From Gemmatimonadota bacterium (GTDB lineage Bacteria > Latescibacterota > UBA2968 > UBA8231): 64,000 nt of DNA. The notes beneath the pieces are model-generated. The model saw only the letters and a list, made by a program, of their open reading frames with translations. It did not search any database and was not told where the DNA came from. Made by a program: the position numbers and the translations under genes. Position 1 is the first letter of the stretch. Every line of letters starts with the position of its first letter. Location of the stretch: contig JAYOYH010000004.1 in NCBI GenBank assembly GCA_038153405.1, positions 64,001 to 128,000 on the forward strand. Direction: 5' to 3'. Shown one piece after another: positions 19,105 through 28,462 of this stretch.

Positions 19105-19854
19105 TTAGTATAGCCCCAACAGCCCCTCTGCACCCGGCACACCCCGCTTTTCGAACGCCTCGCTAAGCCAGCGCGCACGCGAAGGCAGGCCCGGATTGCG
19201 ATAGGCATAGACCACCGCCCAGCGCGTGTCGCTGCCGGCCCTGCGCGGGCTGACGGCGTGGGCAGCGTGCGTCCACATCAGCACGACCGATCCTTCGGGG
19301 GCTGCCAGTTCTTCGATCTCAAGTGGTCGACCGGTGGCCGGATGCACCTTGTCTATGATCCAAGCGGTGCGCAGTTCCTCGTCGGACTCGGCGCGAATGC
19401 CCTCGTCTCTGTAGAGGTGGCTGCCGCGCACGACCTTGAGCGCACCGTCTCCCAGCACAAAACCGTTGACGTAAAAAAAAATGCGCACAAAGCCAAGATC
19501 TGGACGCGCCGCGCCGTATTCGTGGCTGTGCCAGTGCGCTCCCCCATTGCCGCCCGGGCGATTGAGCGATACGCAGTGGTCATAGCGAATGTCTCGACCC
19601 AATACCCAACGAGCCAATTCGACCAACTGCGGATGGCCGATCAAGCTGGCTAAATAGGCGTTGTACTCGGCGGCGTAGTGGTTGGGCCGATAGGCTTCGT
19701 CACCCGGCATAAGCGACTGAATGTGGCTCAGCGCCTCGACCAGTCGCTGTCGCGTTGGAGCCGTCAATAATTCGGGCAGGACCACGTGGCCGTCTCGGTC
19801 TAGCTCGGCCCGTTGGCTATCTGTCCAAATATCGTCGGCAAAGATCGCTTCCAT
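19105..19854 (-). CDS. PhyH family dioxygenase with atypical HxH motif
   Basis: LDRDGHV, WHSHE, GSH, THAAHAV...RWA. Confidence 0.75.
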   Translation of the reverse strand: MEAIFADDIWTDSQRAELDRDGHVVLPELLTAPTRQRLVEALSHIQSLMPGDEAYRPNHYAAEYNAYLASLIGHPQLVELARWVLGRDIRYDHCVSLNRPGGNGGAHWHSHEYGAARPDLGFVRIFFYVNGFVLGDGALKVVRGSHLYRDEGIRAESDEELRTAWIIDKVHPATGRPLEIEELAAPEGSVVLMWTHAAHAVSPRRAGSDTRWAVVYAYRNPGLPSRARWLSEAFEKRGVPGAEGLLGLY

Positions 19855-20172
19855 AGTCTACTCGTCGAAGTAATTTAGTGCTGCATTTTCAGCCGCCCAC
19901 AGTTCGTAAGACATCGCACCGATCGCGTGCCGCGGCAGCGGCGAGGCCGTTGAGCGCTCGTCTCGGGCGAAACACACCGCATGGCACCGCTTTGCCTACC
20001 CCCAGATTAGACGGTGGGCGTGCGTCGAGCAAGCCGATGGGCCGTCGGCATAATCTGACAGATTTCAGCGACTGAATCAAATCAGCGCAACGACCTGACC
20101 TCGTCTATTTTTACTCTATCGCGCAGTAGACAGCACTGCGCTATTTTCGTATGCTGAACGGAGGAGGATACC

Positions 20173-20955
20173 ATGCTTCTAACCGCGGAACAACTGCGCT
20201 TTTTTAAGCAAAACGGCTACCTCATCGTGCGCGGCGTGCTCGACCCAGAAGCAATGGCCAGAGCGCGGGCGCGCCTGTGGGAATACGCGCCACCGGGGCG
20301 CTCACCCGACAAGCCGGAAAGCTGGATTGGTCCCTTTCTGCCAGAAGAAGAAGACGTGGAAAAGCCCAACCACCGGCGCGGCTTTCGCTGGCAGTACCGC
20401 GAGCCTGGAGGCGAGGACTGGATGGTCAACCTCTTGGCCAAAAATCCAGATATATGGAAAATGGCCGAGCAGATGTTGGGCGCGGGCGAACTGTCCGAAC
20501 CGCAGCGCATTCGCGGCATCTACTGCACTCTGCCCTACGGACAGACGCCGCTGCCTCCGCTGCAATGCCACTGCGACGCGCACCCATTTCACCTCGGCGT
20601 AGTCGGCTATATTGACGACGTGCCGCCCAACGGCGGCGGCTTTGCCGTCTGGCCGGGCAGCCATGCCCCCTTCTATCGCGCCTATACATCGCAGTACCGC
20701 AACGAACCAACGGAAGAGTACGACGCCATTCGCCAGCACTACAACAGATTGGAACCGGTAGACTGCCATGGCCGGGCAGGCGACATCGTGTTCTGGCATC
20801 ATCGCCTAGGCCATATGGCCGCACCCAACGCCTCGGAACAAATTCGCCAAGCCGTGCTCTACGACTACGTGAAGAGGGATATCGAAATAACGCAGGAAGA
20901 GGGTCCGCAGGCCGATATGTGGCGCGATTGGTCGGAGGCCATGCGCACCGCCTGA
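20173..20955 (+). CDS. PhyH family dioxygenase
   Basis: FFKQNGYL, HCD, WPGSH, AGDIVFWHHRLGH..N...RQA; GGAGGAGG RBS. Confidence 0.85.
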   Translation: MLLTAEQLRFFKQNGYLIVRGVLDPEAMARARARLWEYAPPGRSPDKPESWIGPFLPEEEDVEKPNHRRGFRWQYREPGGEDWMVNLLAKNPDIWKMAEQMLGAGELSEPQRIRGIYCTLPYGQTPLPPLQCHCDAHPFHLGVVGYIDDVPPNGGGFAVWPGSHAPFYRAYTSQYRNEPTEEYDAIRQHYNRLEPVDCHGRAGDIVFWHHRLGHMAAPNASEQIRQAVLYDYVKRDIEITQEEGPQADMWRDWSEAMRTA

Positions 20956-20997
20956 GAGACACTGCCCAACGTTTCCAACGAATAGTCGATTAAATCT

Positions 20998-21201
20998 ATG
21001 AGCGAAGACATTCAGCGTCGCACCTGCAGGGCCTGCGGCCAGTCCTACGACTACCCCGGCCACCAGAGCATGGCCACGCGCACCTACTGCGAGACCTGCG
21101 TGGAACTGCCCGAAGCGGCGCGGCGCAACTTCGAGCGCATGCGCCGTCGACTCGATCGCCTAGAAAAAGCGGTGGAAGCGCTCAAGGACCAGCGCACCTA
21201 G
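20998..21201 (+). CDS. Small Zn-ribbon (2x CxxC) plus coiled-coil hypothetical protein
   Basis: CRAC...CETC followed by a heptad-rich helix; the stop overlaps the next start (TAGTG). Confidence 0.6.
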   Translation: MSEDIQRRTCRACGQSYDYPGHQSMATRTYCETCVELPEAARRNFERMRRRLDRLEKAVEALKDQRT

Positions 21202-21764
21202 TGGCGGATAACGAATCCAATCGCCGCGCCTTTTTTCGCGAATTTTTTAAGCGCGTCGTCGATCCGGTAGCCGCCTACGCCGAGCATCGCCTGCCGCAGG
21301 AACACACGCTTTTACGGCCGCCCGGCGCCCTGCCCGAACGCACATTTTTAGACACCTGCTATCGCTGCGGCAACTGCGCCGACAGCTGTCCGGTAGAGGC
21401 TATACAGCACAGTCAGAGCGATGACGAGGCGCTGCGCGGTACACCGGTTATCGATCCGGACGCACAGCCGTGCATCGCCTGCGAGGGCCTGCACTGCATG
21501 GCCGCCTGCCCCAGCGGAGCCCTCGTGCCCACACCGCTCGCTCAGATAGCGATGGGCCTAGCGCGCGTAGACGAACAGGCCTGCCATCGCAGTCGTGGAG
21601 AGGACTGTCGCCTGTGTGTCGACGCCTGCCCAACCCCCGAAAAAGCGCTCTCGGTGACTGGAACGGACCCGGTTGTCGTCCACGCTGCGCACTGCATTGG
21701 CTGCGGCCTGTGTCAGCACGTATGCCCAACGACGCCCAAGGCCGTTGTCGTTCGACCTACTTAA
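21201..21764 (+). CDS. 4Fe-4S polyferredoxin, NapF/NapG/MauM-like
   Basis: NRRAFF, LRPPGA..E..FL..CYRCGNCADSCP, four Cys clusters. Confidence 0.85.
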   Translation: MADNESNRRAFFREFFKRVVDPVAAYAEHRLPQEHTLLRPPGALPERTFLDTCYRCGNCADSCPVEAIQHSQSDDEALRGTPVIDPDAQPCIACEGLHCMAACPSGALVPTPLAQIAMGLARVDEQACHRSRGEDCRLCVDACPTPEKALSVTGTDPVVVHAAHCIGCGLCQHVCPTTPKAVVVRPT

Positions 21765-21837
21765 AGAGCGCAACGGAGCAAAACCGCACAGAGCGCTCCG
21801 CAGGAAATACCAATTAATCGGCGCAGTGCAAAACGAG

Positions 21838-21871
21838 AAAAAGGCCCGGTAGGTATCCCCGGACCTTTTTT
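21838..21871. terminator. Bidirectional intrinsic terminator
   Basis: AAAAAGGCCCGG-loop-CCGGACCTTTTTT between convergent genes, with A/T tracts on both sides. Confidence 0.75.
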
Positions 21872-21895
21872 ATCGTTCTGGGCAGGCCGCTCCTG

Positions 21896-23068
21896 CTACG
21901 CCAGCTTTTGCACCGCCTCATGCATCAGTTGACCAATCGGCAGGTTGTGCGGACAGGCCGCCTCCGCCGCGCTAAAGTCAACCCCTTCTATGCGCTTGGC
22001 CTCAGCCGGCAGTTGGGCAAAGAGTTGGCGACCGCGGCGGCGCTCACCGTAGTTCTCATAGTACATGCGGTAGCGCAGCGTCTCGGCGATTTGCAGCGGA
22101 GCGGCCAGCGCCACCTCGCACCGTTCGCTGCAGCCGCGGCAGTACAGATGATCGGTCTCGGCCGCGTATTCGCGCAGCATTTGGCGCTCATCAAAACCCA
22201 TAGCAGGACTGCGCGCCGCCGCCGCATTTTCCTTGACCTGTTTGATATTCTTCATCGCCGATACGGCGCCGGCGATGCGCTCGTCGGCCCATACGGCCTT
22301 AAGGGCAGCTTGGTGCGGATTAAAGCCCTTGGCCTTGAACTTGTCGACACTGTCGGCAAACGAGACAGCGCCGCCCTGCGTCTTCATCGCAATCAGCCCA
22401 ATATTGGCTTTGTGCATTTTGTCGATGGCTTTGTTGAGGGCTGCGTCGTCGTAATCGCGGAAATTGTACTTGAACATGACCGCATCGACGAAGCCCACCT
22501 CGGCGGCTTTTTCCAAAGTGGCTACCATATTGCCGTGGTGCGATGAAAAACCGAAAAAGCGAATCTTGCCCGATTTTTTGAGGTTTTCAGCCGTCTTCAT
22601 CATCTCTGCATCAAGGCGATCGGGATTGCCCAAGTTGTGCAGGAAGTAGAGGTCGACGACGTCCATACGCAAGCTCTCAAGCGAACCGTCGAGATTAGCG
22701 ACAAACGACTCCGGATCGTGGTCCGTGCTCTTTGTGACGATAAAGCACTCTGAGCGTCGCCCACTTTTCTCGAGGATGTTGCCCACCATTTTTTCGCTCT
22801 TGCCGCCGACATAGCTCTGCGCCGTATCAATGTAATTGATGCCTTCAGTCAGCGCGGCATTGAGCAGGGGGGGCGTTACGGGCAGCGCCGTACCCATGGT
22901 CAGAATGGGGATCTCGACCCCGGTCTTCCCTAGTATGCGCGTGGGCATCGACTTGTCTTCTGCTGCTTCGGCTCGACCAACGGCCGAGGCCAGCACGGCT
23001 CCTGCTCCTATGGCACCGCTCGCGGCGATAAACTCGCGCCGCGTCAGCTTCTTGTCCTTATTGCGCAT
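21896..23068 (-). CDS. Tat-signal aldo/keto reductase with C-terminal Fe-S Cys motif
   Basis: LTRREFI signal, GINYIDTAQSY, DLYFLHN, IAMKT, CRGC..RC...ACP. Confidence 0.85.
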   Translation of the reverse strand: MRNKDKKLTRREFIAASGAIGAGAVLASAVGRAEAAEDKSMPTRILGKTGVEIPILTMGTALPVTPPLLNAALTEGINYIDTAQSYVGGKSEKMVGNILEKSGRRSECFIVTKSTDHDPESFVANLDGSLESLRMDVVDLYFLHNLGNPDRLDAEMMKTAENLKKSGKIRFFGFSSHHGNMVATLEKAAEVGFVDAVMFKYNFRDYDDAALNKAIDKMHKANIGLIAMKTQGGAVSFADSVDKFKAKGFNPHQAALKAVWADERIAGAVSAMKNIKQVKENAAAARSPAMGFDERQMLREYAAETDHLYCRGCSERCEVALAAPLQIAETLRYRMYYENYGERRRGRQLFAQLPAEAKRIEGVDFSAAEAACPHNLPIGQLMHEAVQKLA

Positions 23069-23082
23069 GCTCTTTCTCCCCG

Positions 23083-24708
23083 TTAAGCGTTTTCGCTCAA
23101 ATCGATATGCAACAGTCCACTGCGGTCCTTCTGCCCGCCGCTGCAGCCGCACCCGCCTCCAGTATCGCTCCCCCCACCGCAGCAACCCTCTTGTCCACCG
23201 GCCATGCCCAGCAGCAGCGAACGCTCTTTCGAACGCGTTTCCCCGACCGCCGTAACGCGAATCGCTCGGTGATCCTGCACCGGACACTCGTGCTCACAGA
23301 TACCGCAGCCAATGCACACTTCCGGATCGACGTAGGGACGCGTCAGCACCACCTTTTCGCCCCAGCGGTTGGTAATTTCTACTTCGCGCGAGTAAATCGC
23401 TTTGGGCGAGGTCGGACACACCTCTTCGCACACGACGCAGGGCGTGTCCATCGCCCACGGCAGGCAGCGCCCGCGATCGTAGAAAGCCGTGCCCGTCTTT
23501 ACCGGCCCCATATCGGTGAACTGGCCAATGCCCAATTTCTGTTCGATAGAAATTTTCTGGATGGCCCCGGTCGGACAGACTTCGCCGCACAGCGTGCAGT
23601 TCAGTTCGCAATAGCCCGTGCGCATATTCATAATCGGCGTCCAGATGCCTTCTAGCCCACCTTCTAACATAGCCGGCTGCAGCACGTTGCTCGGACATAC
23701 GCGAATGCACTGATCGCACTTGATACAGCGCTCTAAAAACTCGTGTTCGGCCACCGAGCCGGGCGGGCGCACGACCTCTTTCTTAAAGAGCTCGTCGACG
23801 TCGCCGCTGCGCCGCGAAAAGGGAAAGCTCAGCGCGCCGATCAGGCCGGCCATCACCGCGCGACGGCCGCTGATCTGCGGTCCCGTCACTTCGCCCTTTA
23901 TATCGGGCATAAAGTCGAAGGAAAGCGCATCGTGTGGACAGTCGTCGATGCAGTTAAAGCATACAAAGCACTCCGACTTGCGCAGGTTCGTATGCGGATC
24001 GGATGCCCCCTCGCAGCGCTGCAGGCACAGATCGCAGTCGACGCATTTGACCGTATCGCGGTGGATGCGCCACAGCGAAAAGCGCGACAGCAGGCCCAGC
24101 GTTGCACCGAGCGGGCAGAGAACGCGGCAGAAAAAGCGCGGTATGACCAGGTTCATGCCGATGAGAAAGAACAGCAGAAAGCCGACGACCCAACCCAGCT
24201 GGTGGACGTGCGGACGCACGTAAAACCACTCGGTCGGCATGTCCAACGCCGGCAGCACCGCTACAGTAAACGAGCGAAAGAGCAGGCAAATGGGATCGAG
24301 CAAGCCGATCTGCAGCGAGCCAAACAGTGCGGCCGCTCCCATGCCGATCAAGATGTAGTACTTGAGGGCAAAGAGCTTTCGGTATCGATTGCTCTCGATG
24401 TTTTCGGTAATCGTGCGGCGATTAAAGAGCCAGCCCGTAAACTGGTGCAGAATCCCGTACGGGCAGATCCAATTACAGAAAAAGCGTCCGAGAAAGAGCG
24501 TCGGTATGAGCAGGACCAGCGACCAGACGAGCCCCTGATACAGCGTGTGCGTAGTCATGGCCGTCGCAATGGCCACCAGGGGATTTACTTCGAGGAAAAT
24601 CGATACCGGATAGCCTTTTAAGTAGCTGAACTGCGTCACAAAGCAGAAAAAGAGAAACAGCCCCATAAAGAAAATCTGAGTGATCAGGCGAACGATTGTT
24701 ATGCGCAT
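23083..24708 (-). CDS. Membrane polyferredoxin (NapH/MauN-like TM domain fused to a NapG/MauM-like domain)
   Basis: [23 protein letters not shown], multiple CxxCxxC motifs, VRPPGS..E..FL..CIKCDQC. Confidence 0.88.
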   Translation of the reverse strand: MRITIVRLITQIFFMGLFLFFCFVTQFSYLKGYPVSIFLEVNPLVAIATAMTTHTLYQGLVWSLVLLIPTLFLGRFFCNWICPYGILHQFTGWLFNRRTITENIESNRYRKLFALKYYILIGMGAAALFGSLQIGLLDPICLLFRSFTVAVLPALDMPTEWFYVRPHVHQLGWVVGFLLFFLIGMNLVIPRFFCRVLCPLGATLGLLSRFSLWRIHRDTVKCVDCDLCLQRCEGASDPHTNLRKSECFVCFNCIDDCPHDALSFDFMPDIKGEVTGPQISGRRAVMAGLIGALSFPFSRRSGDVDELFKKEVVRPPGSVAEHEFLERCIKCDQCIRVCPSNVLQPAMLEGGLEGIWTPIMNMRTGYCELNCTLCGEVCPTGAIQKISIEQKLGIGQFTDMGPVKTGTAFYDRGRCLPWAMDTPCVVCEEVCPTSPKAIYSREVEITNRWGEKVVLTRPYVDPEVCIGCGICEHECPVQDHRAIRVTAVGETRSKERSLLLGMAGGQEGCCGGGSDTGGGCGCSGGQKDRSGLLHIDLSENA

Positions 24709-24717
24709 AATAGGCTC

Positions 24718-25698
24718 CTATCCGACCTGTATTTCGCGCCAGTTGAGGCGCCGCCAATCCGTCGTGCCCAATCCGCGCTGTGCCGCCTTGTGCAAGTAGG
24801 GCAAATTGGCCGCATCGCGCCCCAGCAGCGAATAGCCATACGTATCGACGGCGACCATATCGGTGCCGACGACCAGCGTATCGCCAACGGCCACGTCGCT
24901 CAGGCTGCCGCCGGTCGGCCCGTTGCGCATCAGCACGCGCGTCGCGTCGAGTAGGACCAGCGTCGGCTTGACCATATGTGGAAAATCGGAGACAATGCCG
25001 TGGATGGCCTGGTGAAACTGGTTGCGGCGACCGCCCAGCATGCCGTACCAGTTCTTCATGGTCATGGAGCCGGAGCACAGGTTGTGGTCCTTACACGGGG
25101 CAATGCCAATCACTTTATCCACCGCGGCAAAGGGTTTGTAAAACGTCGTCCACGTGCCCAATACTTCGCCGTCGATTTTAACCTCTGCAAAAGACGAGTT
25201 CCTGGGTAGCATAAGCTCGGCGCCAACCTCATCGGCAGCGGCCTTGATACCCGACTTGAAAAAGCATCCTTCGGGCTGATTAATCGGATTGTCGGCTACG
25301 ATGATTTTTCGGGCACCGGCTTCGCGGCACAGGACGGCGACGGCCTTGAGCACGCCGGGACTCGTCGTCGCGCCGAGCAGCGGCGCGCGATCAAAGGCGA
25401 CATTGGGTTTGAGCAGCACCGCATCGCCCTTGTTAACAAAGCGCTCAATGCCGCCCATTTCCCCTATCGCAGCGCGCACCATGGCCTCGGCGTCGGTGCC
25501 GTGGGCAATGGCCATGGCCACGGCGTTGGCACCGCGGTCCACGGCAAAAGAAGGCAGCACCTTAGCGGCGGCAATCTGCGCATCGCGAAAGTACTGCCCA
25601 CCGCCGCGCGGATCGTAGAGTAGCCCAGCGCCCAGAGTCGAGCCGGCAACGGCCAGTCCCGTCAGTCCGGCTCGGCGTAGAAAATCGCGTCGTTCCAT
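24718..25698 (-). CDS. Tat-signal DUF362 domain protein
   Basis: MERRDFL signal, GGIERFV..GD.VLLKPN, TTSP, TMKNWYG, D.VAVD. Confidence 0.85.
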   Translation of the reverse strand: MERRDFLRRAGLTGLAVAGSTLGAGLLYDPRGGGQYFRDAQIAAAKVLPSFAVDRGANAVAMAIAHGTDAEAMVRAAIGEMGGIERFVNKGDAVLLKPNVAFDRAPLLGATTSPGVLKAVAVLCREAGARKIIVADNPINQPEGCFFKSGIKAAADEVGAELMLPRNSSFAEVKIDGEVLGTWTTFYKPFAAVDKVIGIAPCKDHNLCSGSMTMKNWYGMLGGRRNQFHQAIHGIVSDFPHMVKPTLVLLDATRVLMRNGPTGGSLSDVAVGDTLVVGTDMVAVDTYGYSLLGRDAANLPYLHKAAQRGLGTTDWRRLNWREIQVG

Positions 25699-25789
25699 GG
25701 TTTCGTGCCGTTCCTCAATCGGTGAATGCACGCCGTCGGTCACCCAACGGACCGTCGGCGAATAAACGCATATTCAGCAACTGGTCAAT

Positions 25790-26860
25790 CTACTTACCCA
25801 GTTGCGCGATAGCGCGCAGCAAGTCGTCGGCACCGCGCTCGGCCACCGCGCGCCCTTCGGCCAGATTGACCCCCGCAAACAGGGTGCCATGCTGAAAGAT
25901 CACATCGTAAAACCCGCCGAAGTCTCCGGTAAAAACCTGCGTTCCACCTACCGTGCGCGGCGCGCTCACTTCGCCGTAGTCGCGCAGATAGGCCAGGTAT
26001 TGTTCCATCGTCGCGGCGGCGGCCTCAGGCGTTTCGTGCAGCGACACAAAAGACGTCCACTCGTCGGCCGCGCTGCGATACTTGGCCGTATAGGTTTCTT
26101 TGAGAAAGTCGAGACTCAGCGCATCGCGCTTAAAGTACTGGACGAAGAGCCTATTTTCGCGCGGAAAATGTTCCAGTCCCCACACGCTGCCTTCGCTATC
26201 TGGCAGCCGTGCGACGAGTGTGCGCGCGATCGCTTCGCTGGCCGCGCGCATCGCTTCGCCCATATCGGAAGCGATGATCTGCGCGTAATAGGTGCCCTTC
26301 CAAAAGAAATAGCTGCTCTCGGCGCGATAGCCCTGATCGCCCAGCGCCTGCAGCTCGGCTTCTTCCGGTCGTTCGACGGCGTAGATGCCAAAGGCGTTGT
26401 CCAACGCATCCATATCGTAGACGAATACGTCGATAAACTGGCCATCGCCGCCGGCTAGCCCAACAAAGTCCATGCCCGCTACATCGTAAGCCAGGTATTG
26501 TTCAGCGCGGCCGTTGATTTTTTCATAGAGCGTCTCGGCCGTAAACGACTCGACGGCACCCAGATCGCGCCAACCTTCGGGCGCCAAGCCGCGCAGCGGC
26601 GCAGATTCCACTGCCCCTGCCGCACCGGCAACGCGCCCTTCACCGCTCTCTTCAACCAGCTTGACCTGCTGTCGAACCGGAGCCTCCTGAGACAAAAGGT
26701 TTTGATCTAGCGCAAAGAGATTGGGATCGAAGTGCTGCCCCTTGATATAGGTACCGACGCCGAGGCCGGCGATCAACAGCAGCATCAGGGCGCCGATGCC
26801 CGTCTCCATGCCCGAGATTTCCGTGCGCTCAAAAGCGCGTTTACCAACGCCGCCAAACAT
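25790..26860 (-). CDS. Membrane-anchored DUF6599-like protein
   Basis: N-terminal TM helix; LYEKINGRAEQYL.Y, VYDM...NAFGIY, FWKG.YY. Confidence 0.7.
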   Translation of the reverse strand: MFGGVGKRAFERTEISGMETGIGALMLLLIAGLGVGTYIKGQHFDPNLFALDQNLLSQEAPVRQQVKLVEESGEGRVAGAAGAVESAPLRGLAPEGWRDLGAVESFTAETLYEKINGRAEQYLAYDVAGMDFVGLAGGDGQFIDVFVYDMDALDNAFGIYAVERPEEAELQALGDQGYRAESSYFFWKGTYYAQIIASDMGEAMRAASEAIARTLVARLPDSEGSVWGLEHFPRENRLFVQYFKRDALSLDFLKETYTAKYRSAADEWTSFVSLHETPEAAAATMEQYLAYLRDYGEVSAPRTVGGTQVFTGDFGGFYDVIFQHGTLFAGVNLAEGRAVAERGADDLLRAIAQLGK

Positions 26861-26900
26861 AGAATCTGCCTTCCGTTCTAAAGTTGCTTTCCGCGCTTCG

Positions 26901-27785
26901 TCAGCGGATCAGCCTGCGCGGCCGCTCGATCAGGTTGCGCAGATAGTCGCAGTAGGCGTTGCCCTTGGCCATACCGGCAATTGCCAACAGCTGATCCGCT
27001 CCGATGTAGTTCTTCATATAGGCAATTTCTTCAATACAGCCCACCTTCAAGCCCTGTCGATGCTCAATCGTCTGCACGAAGTTGCTCGCTTCCAACAGAC
27101 TTTCGTGCGTGCCCGTATCCAGCCAGGCAAAACCGCGCCCCAGCACTTCGACGCCCAGTTCGCCGCGCGACAGATAGACTTTGTTCAAGTCGGTGATCTC
27201 TAGCTCGCCGCGCGCCGACGGCTTTAAACTACGCGCGATATCCACGGCCTCCCCGTCATAAAAATAGAGGCCGATCACCGCGTAATTAGAGCGCGGGTTC
27301 TGCGGTTTTTCCTCAATGCCGACCGCTCGCTTATCGGCGTCGAACTCGACGACGCCGTAGCGTTCGGGATCCTGGACGTAATAGGCAAAGACCATGCCGC
27401 CTTCTTCGATCTGGCCGGCGCGCTGCAGCATATTCGACAGGCCGTGGCCGTAGAGAAAGTTGTCGCCGAGAATTAGTGCGCTCGGCTCGTCTCCAACGAA
27501 ATCGGCACCGATTGTATAGGACTGAGCCAGCCCTTCGGGACGCGGCTGTACCGCGTATTGAATATCTAAACCGAGGCGCGAGCCATCGCCGAGCAATTGC
27601 CGGTACAGATCGATGTGCTCGGGCGAAGAGATAACGAGCACTTCGCGGATATCGGCCAGCATGAGGACCGATAGGGGATAGTAGATCATCGGCTTGTCAA
27701 AAACGGGCAGAATCTGCTTTGACAGCGATACGGTCAGTGGATAGAGCCGCGTTCCCTGCCCTCCCGCCAGTATAATTCCTCTCAT
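26901..27785 (-). CDS. rfbA: Glucose-1-phosphate thymidylyltransferase
   Basis: GIILAGG.GTRLYP.T...[39 protein letters not shown]. Confidence 0.95.
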   Translation of the reverse strand: MRGIILAGGQGTRLYPLTVSLSKQILPVFDKPMIYYPLSVLMLADIREVLVISSPEHIDLYRQLLGDGSRLGLDIQYAVQPRPEGLAQSYTIGADFVGDEPSALILGDNFLYGHGLSNMLQRAGQIEEGGMVFAYYVQDPERYGVVEFDADKRAVGIEEKPQNPRSNYAVIGLYFYDGEAVDIARSLKPSARGELEITDLNKVYLSRGELGVEVLGRGFAWLDTGTHESLLEASNFVQTIEHRQGLKVGCIEEIAYMKNYIGADQLLAIAGMAKGNAYCDYLRNLIERPRRLIR

Positions 27786-27918
27786 ATGACGTCCCTTAGC
27801 TAGTCTCCGATAAGTCCATTCGATGCACACGACGCCCGTAGACATACCGATAAGGCGTCGTACATTCTATGCTAATATGGGATATAACTCAATTGGCGAC
27901 CACCCCAAAAGGAGTGCA

Positions 27919-28443
27919 ATGAAGATCGTTCTAGTCGGCTACCGAGCGGCCGGAAAATCGACGCTGGGAAAACGTATTTCAGATAAATTGGCCATGCCGT
28001 ACCTCGATATCGACCGCGGCATTGAGGAACGCATAGGCGAGCAAACGCTGACGGATTTTTATGGAAAAGTGGGCGAAGATGGATTCCGCCCCATAGAAAC
28101 AGAAGTCGTGGTCGAAATGTGCCGCACCGAACGCGCCGTTATTGCCTTTGGCGCAGGCTCTCTGATGCGCGCGCGCAACCAGCAAGCAGCTAAAGACAAC
28201 GCCCTAGTTGTCTACCTCCAGGTGCCGGTCGACGAGCTGTGGCGACGTATCTGCTCCGATCCCAACAGCGGCCACACCCGCCCCAACTTGGCCGGCGGCG
28301 GCCTGCAAGAAGTGGAATATATGCTCGCCCTGCGCGAGCCCACCTATGTGGCCTGCGCCAACCTCGTACTCGATGGAACGCGAGCAACTGAGGAACTGCT
28401 GCAACGCGTAGTGGAGTCGTATCGGGCCGCAGGCGGCGCGTAG
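27919..28443 (+). CDS. aroK: Shikimate kinase
   Basis: G....GKST P-loop, DID, GE..FR..E, RP.L, R...Y; AAGGAG RBS. Confidence 0.85.
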   Translation: MKIVLVGYRAAGKSTLGKRISDKLAMPYLDIDRGIEERIGEQTLTDFYGKVGEDGFRPIETEVVVEMCRTERAVIAFGAGSLMRARNQQAAKDNALVVYLQVPVDELWRRICSDPNSGHTRPNLAGGGLQEVEYMLALREPTYVACANLVLDGTRATEELLQRVVESYRAAGGA

Positions 28444-28462
28444 AGCACGGCTGCCGATTGGC

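Noticed and set aside
19473..19481. A9 homopolymer as a phase-variation site
   Set aside because: It encodes in-frame Ile-Phe-Phe-Tyr in an intact gene.
20007..20035. Further GTCTAA/TTAGAC hits here and at 40872 as ECF promoters
   Set aside because: There is no GGAAT at the 18-nt spacing.
19855..20172. 318-bp intergenic region as an ncRNA or small ORF
   Set aside because: It is a divergent promoter region with only a short hairpin; no recognisable RNA motif or convincing ORF.
21201..24708. Periplasmic nitrate reductase (nap) or methylamine dehydrogenase (mau) operon
   Set aside because: Only ferredoxin-like components are present; there are no catalytic subunit genes.
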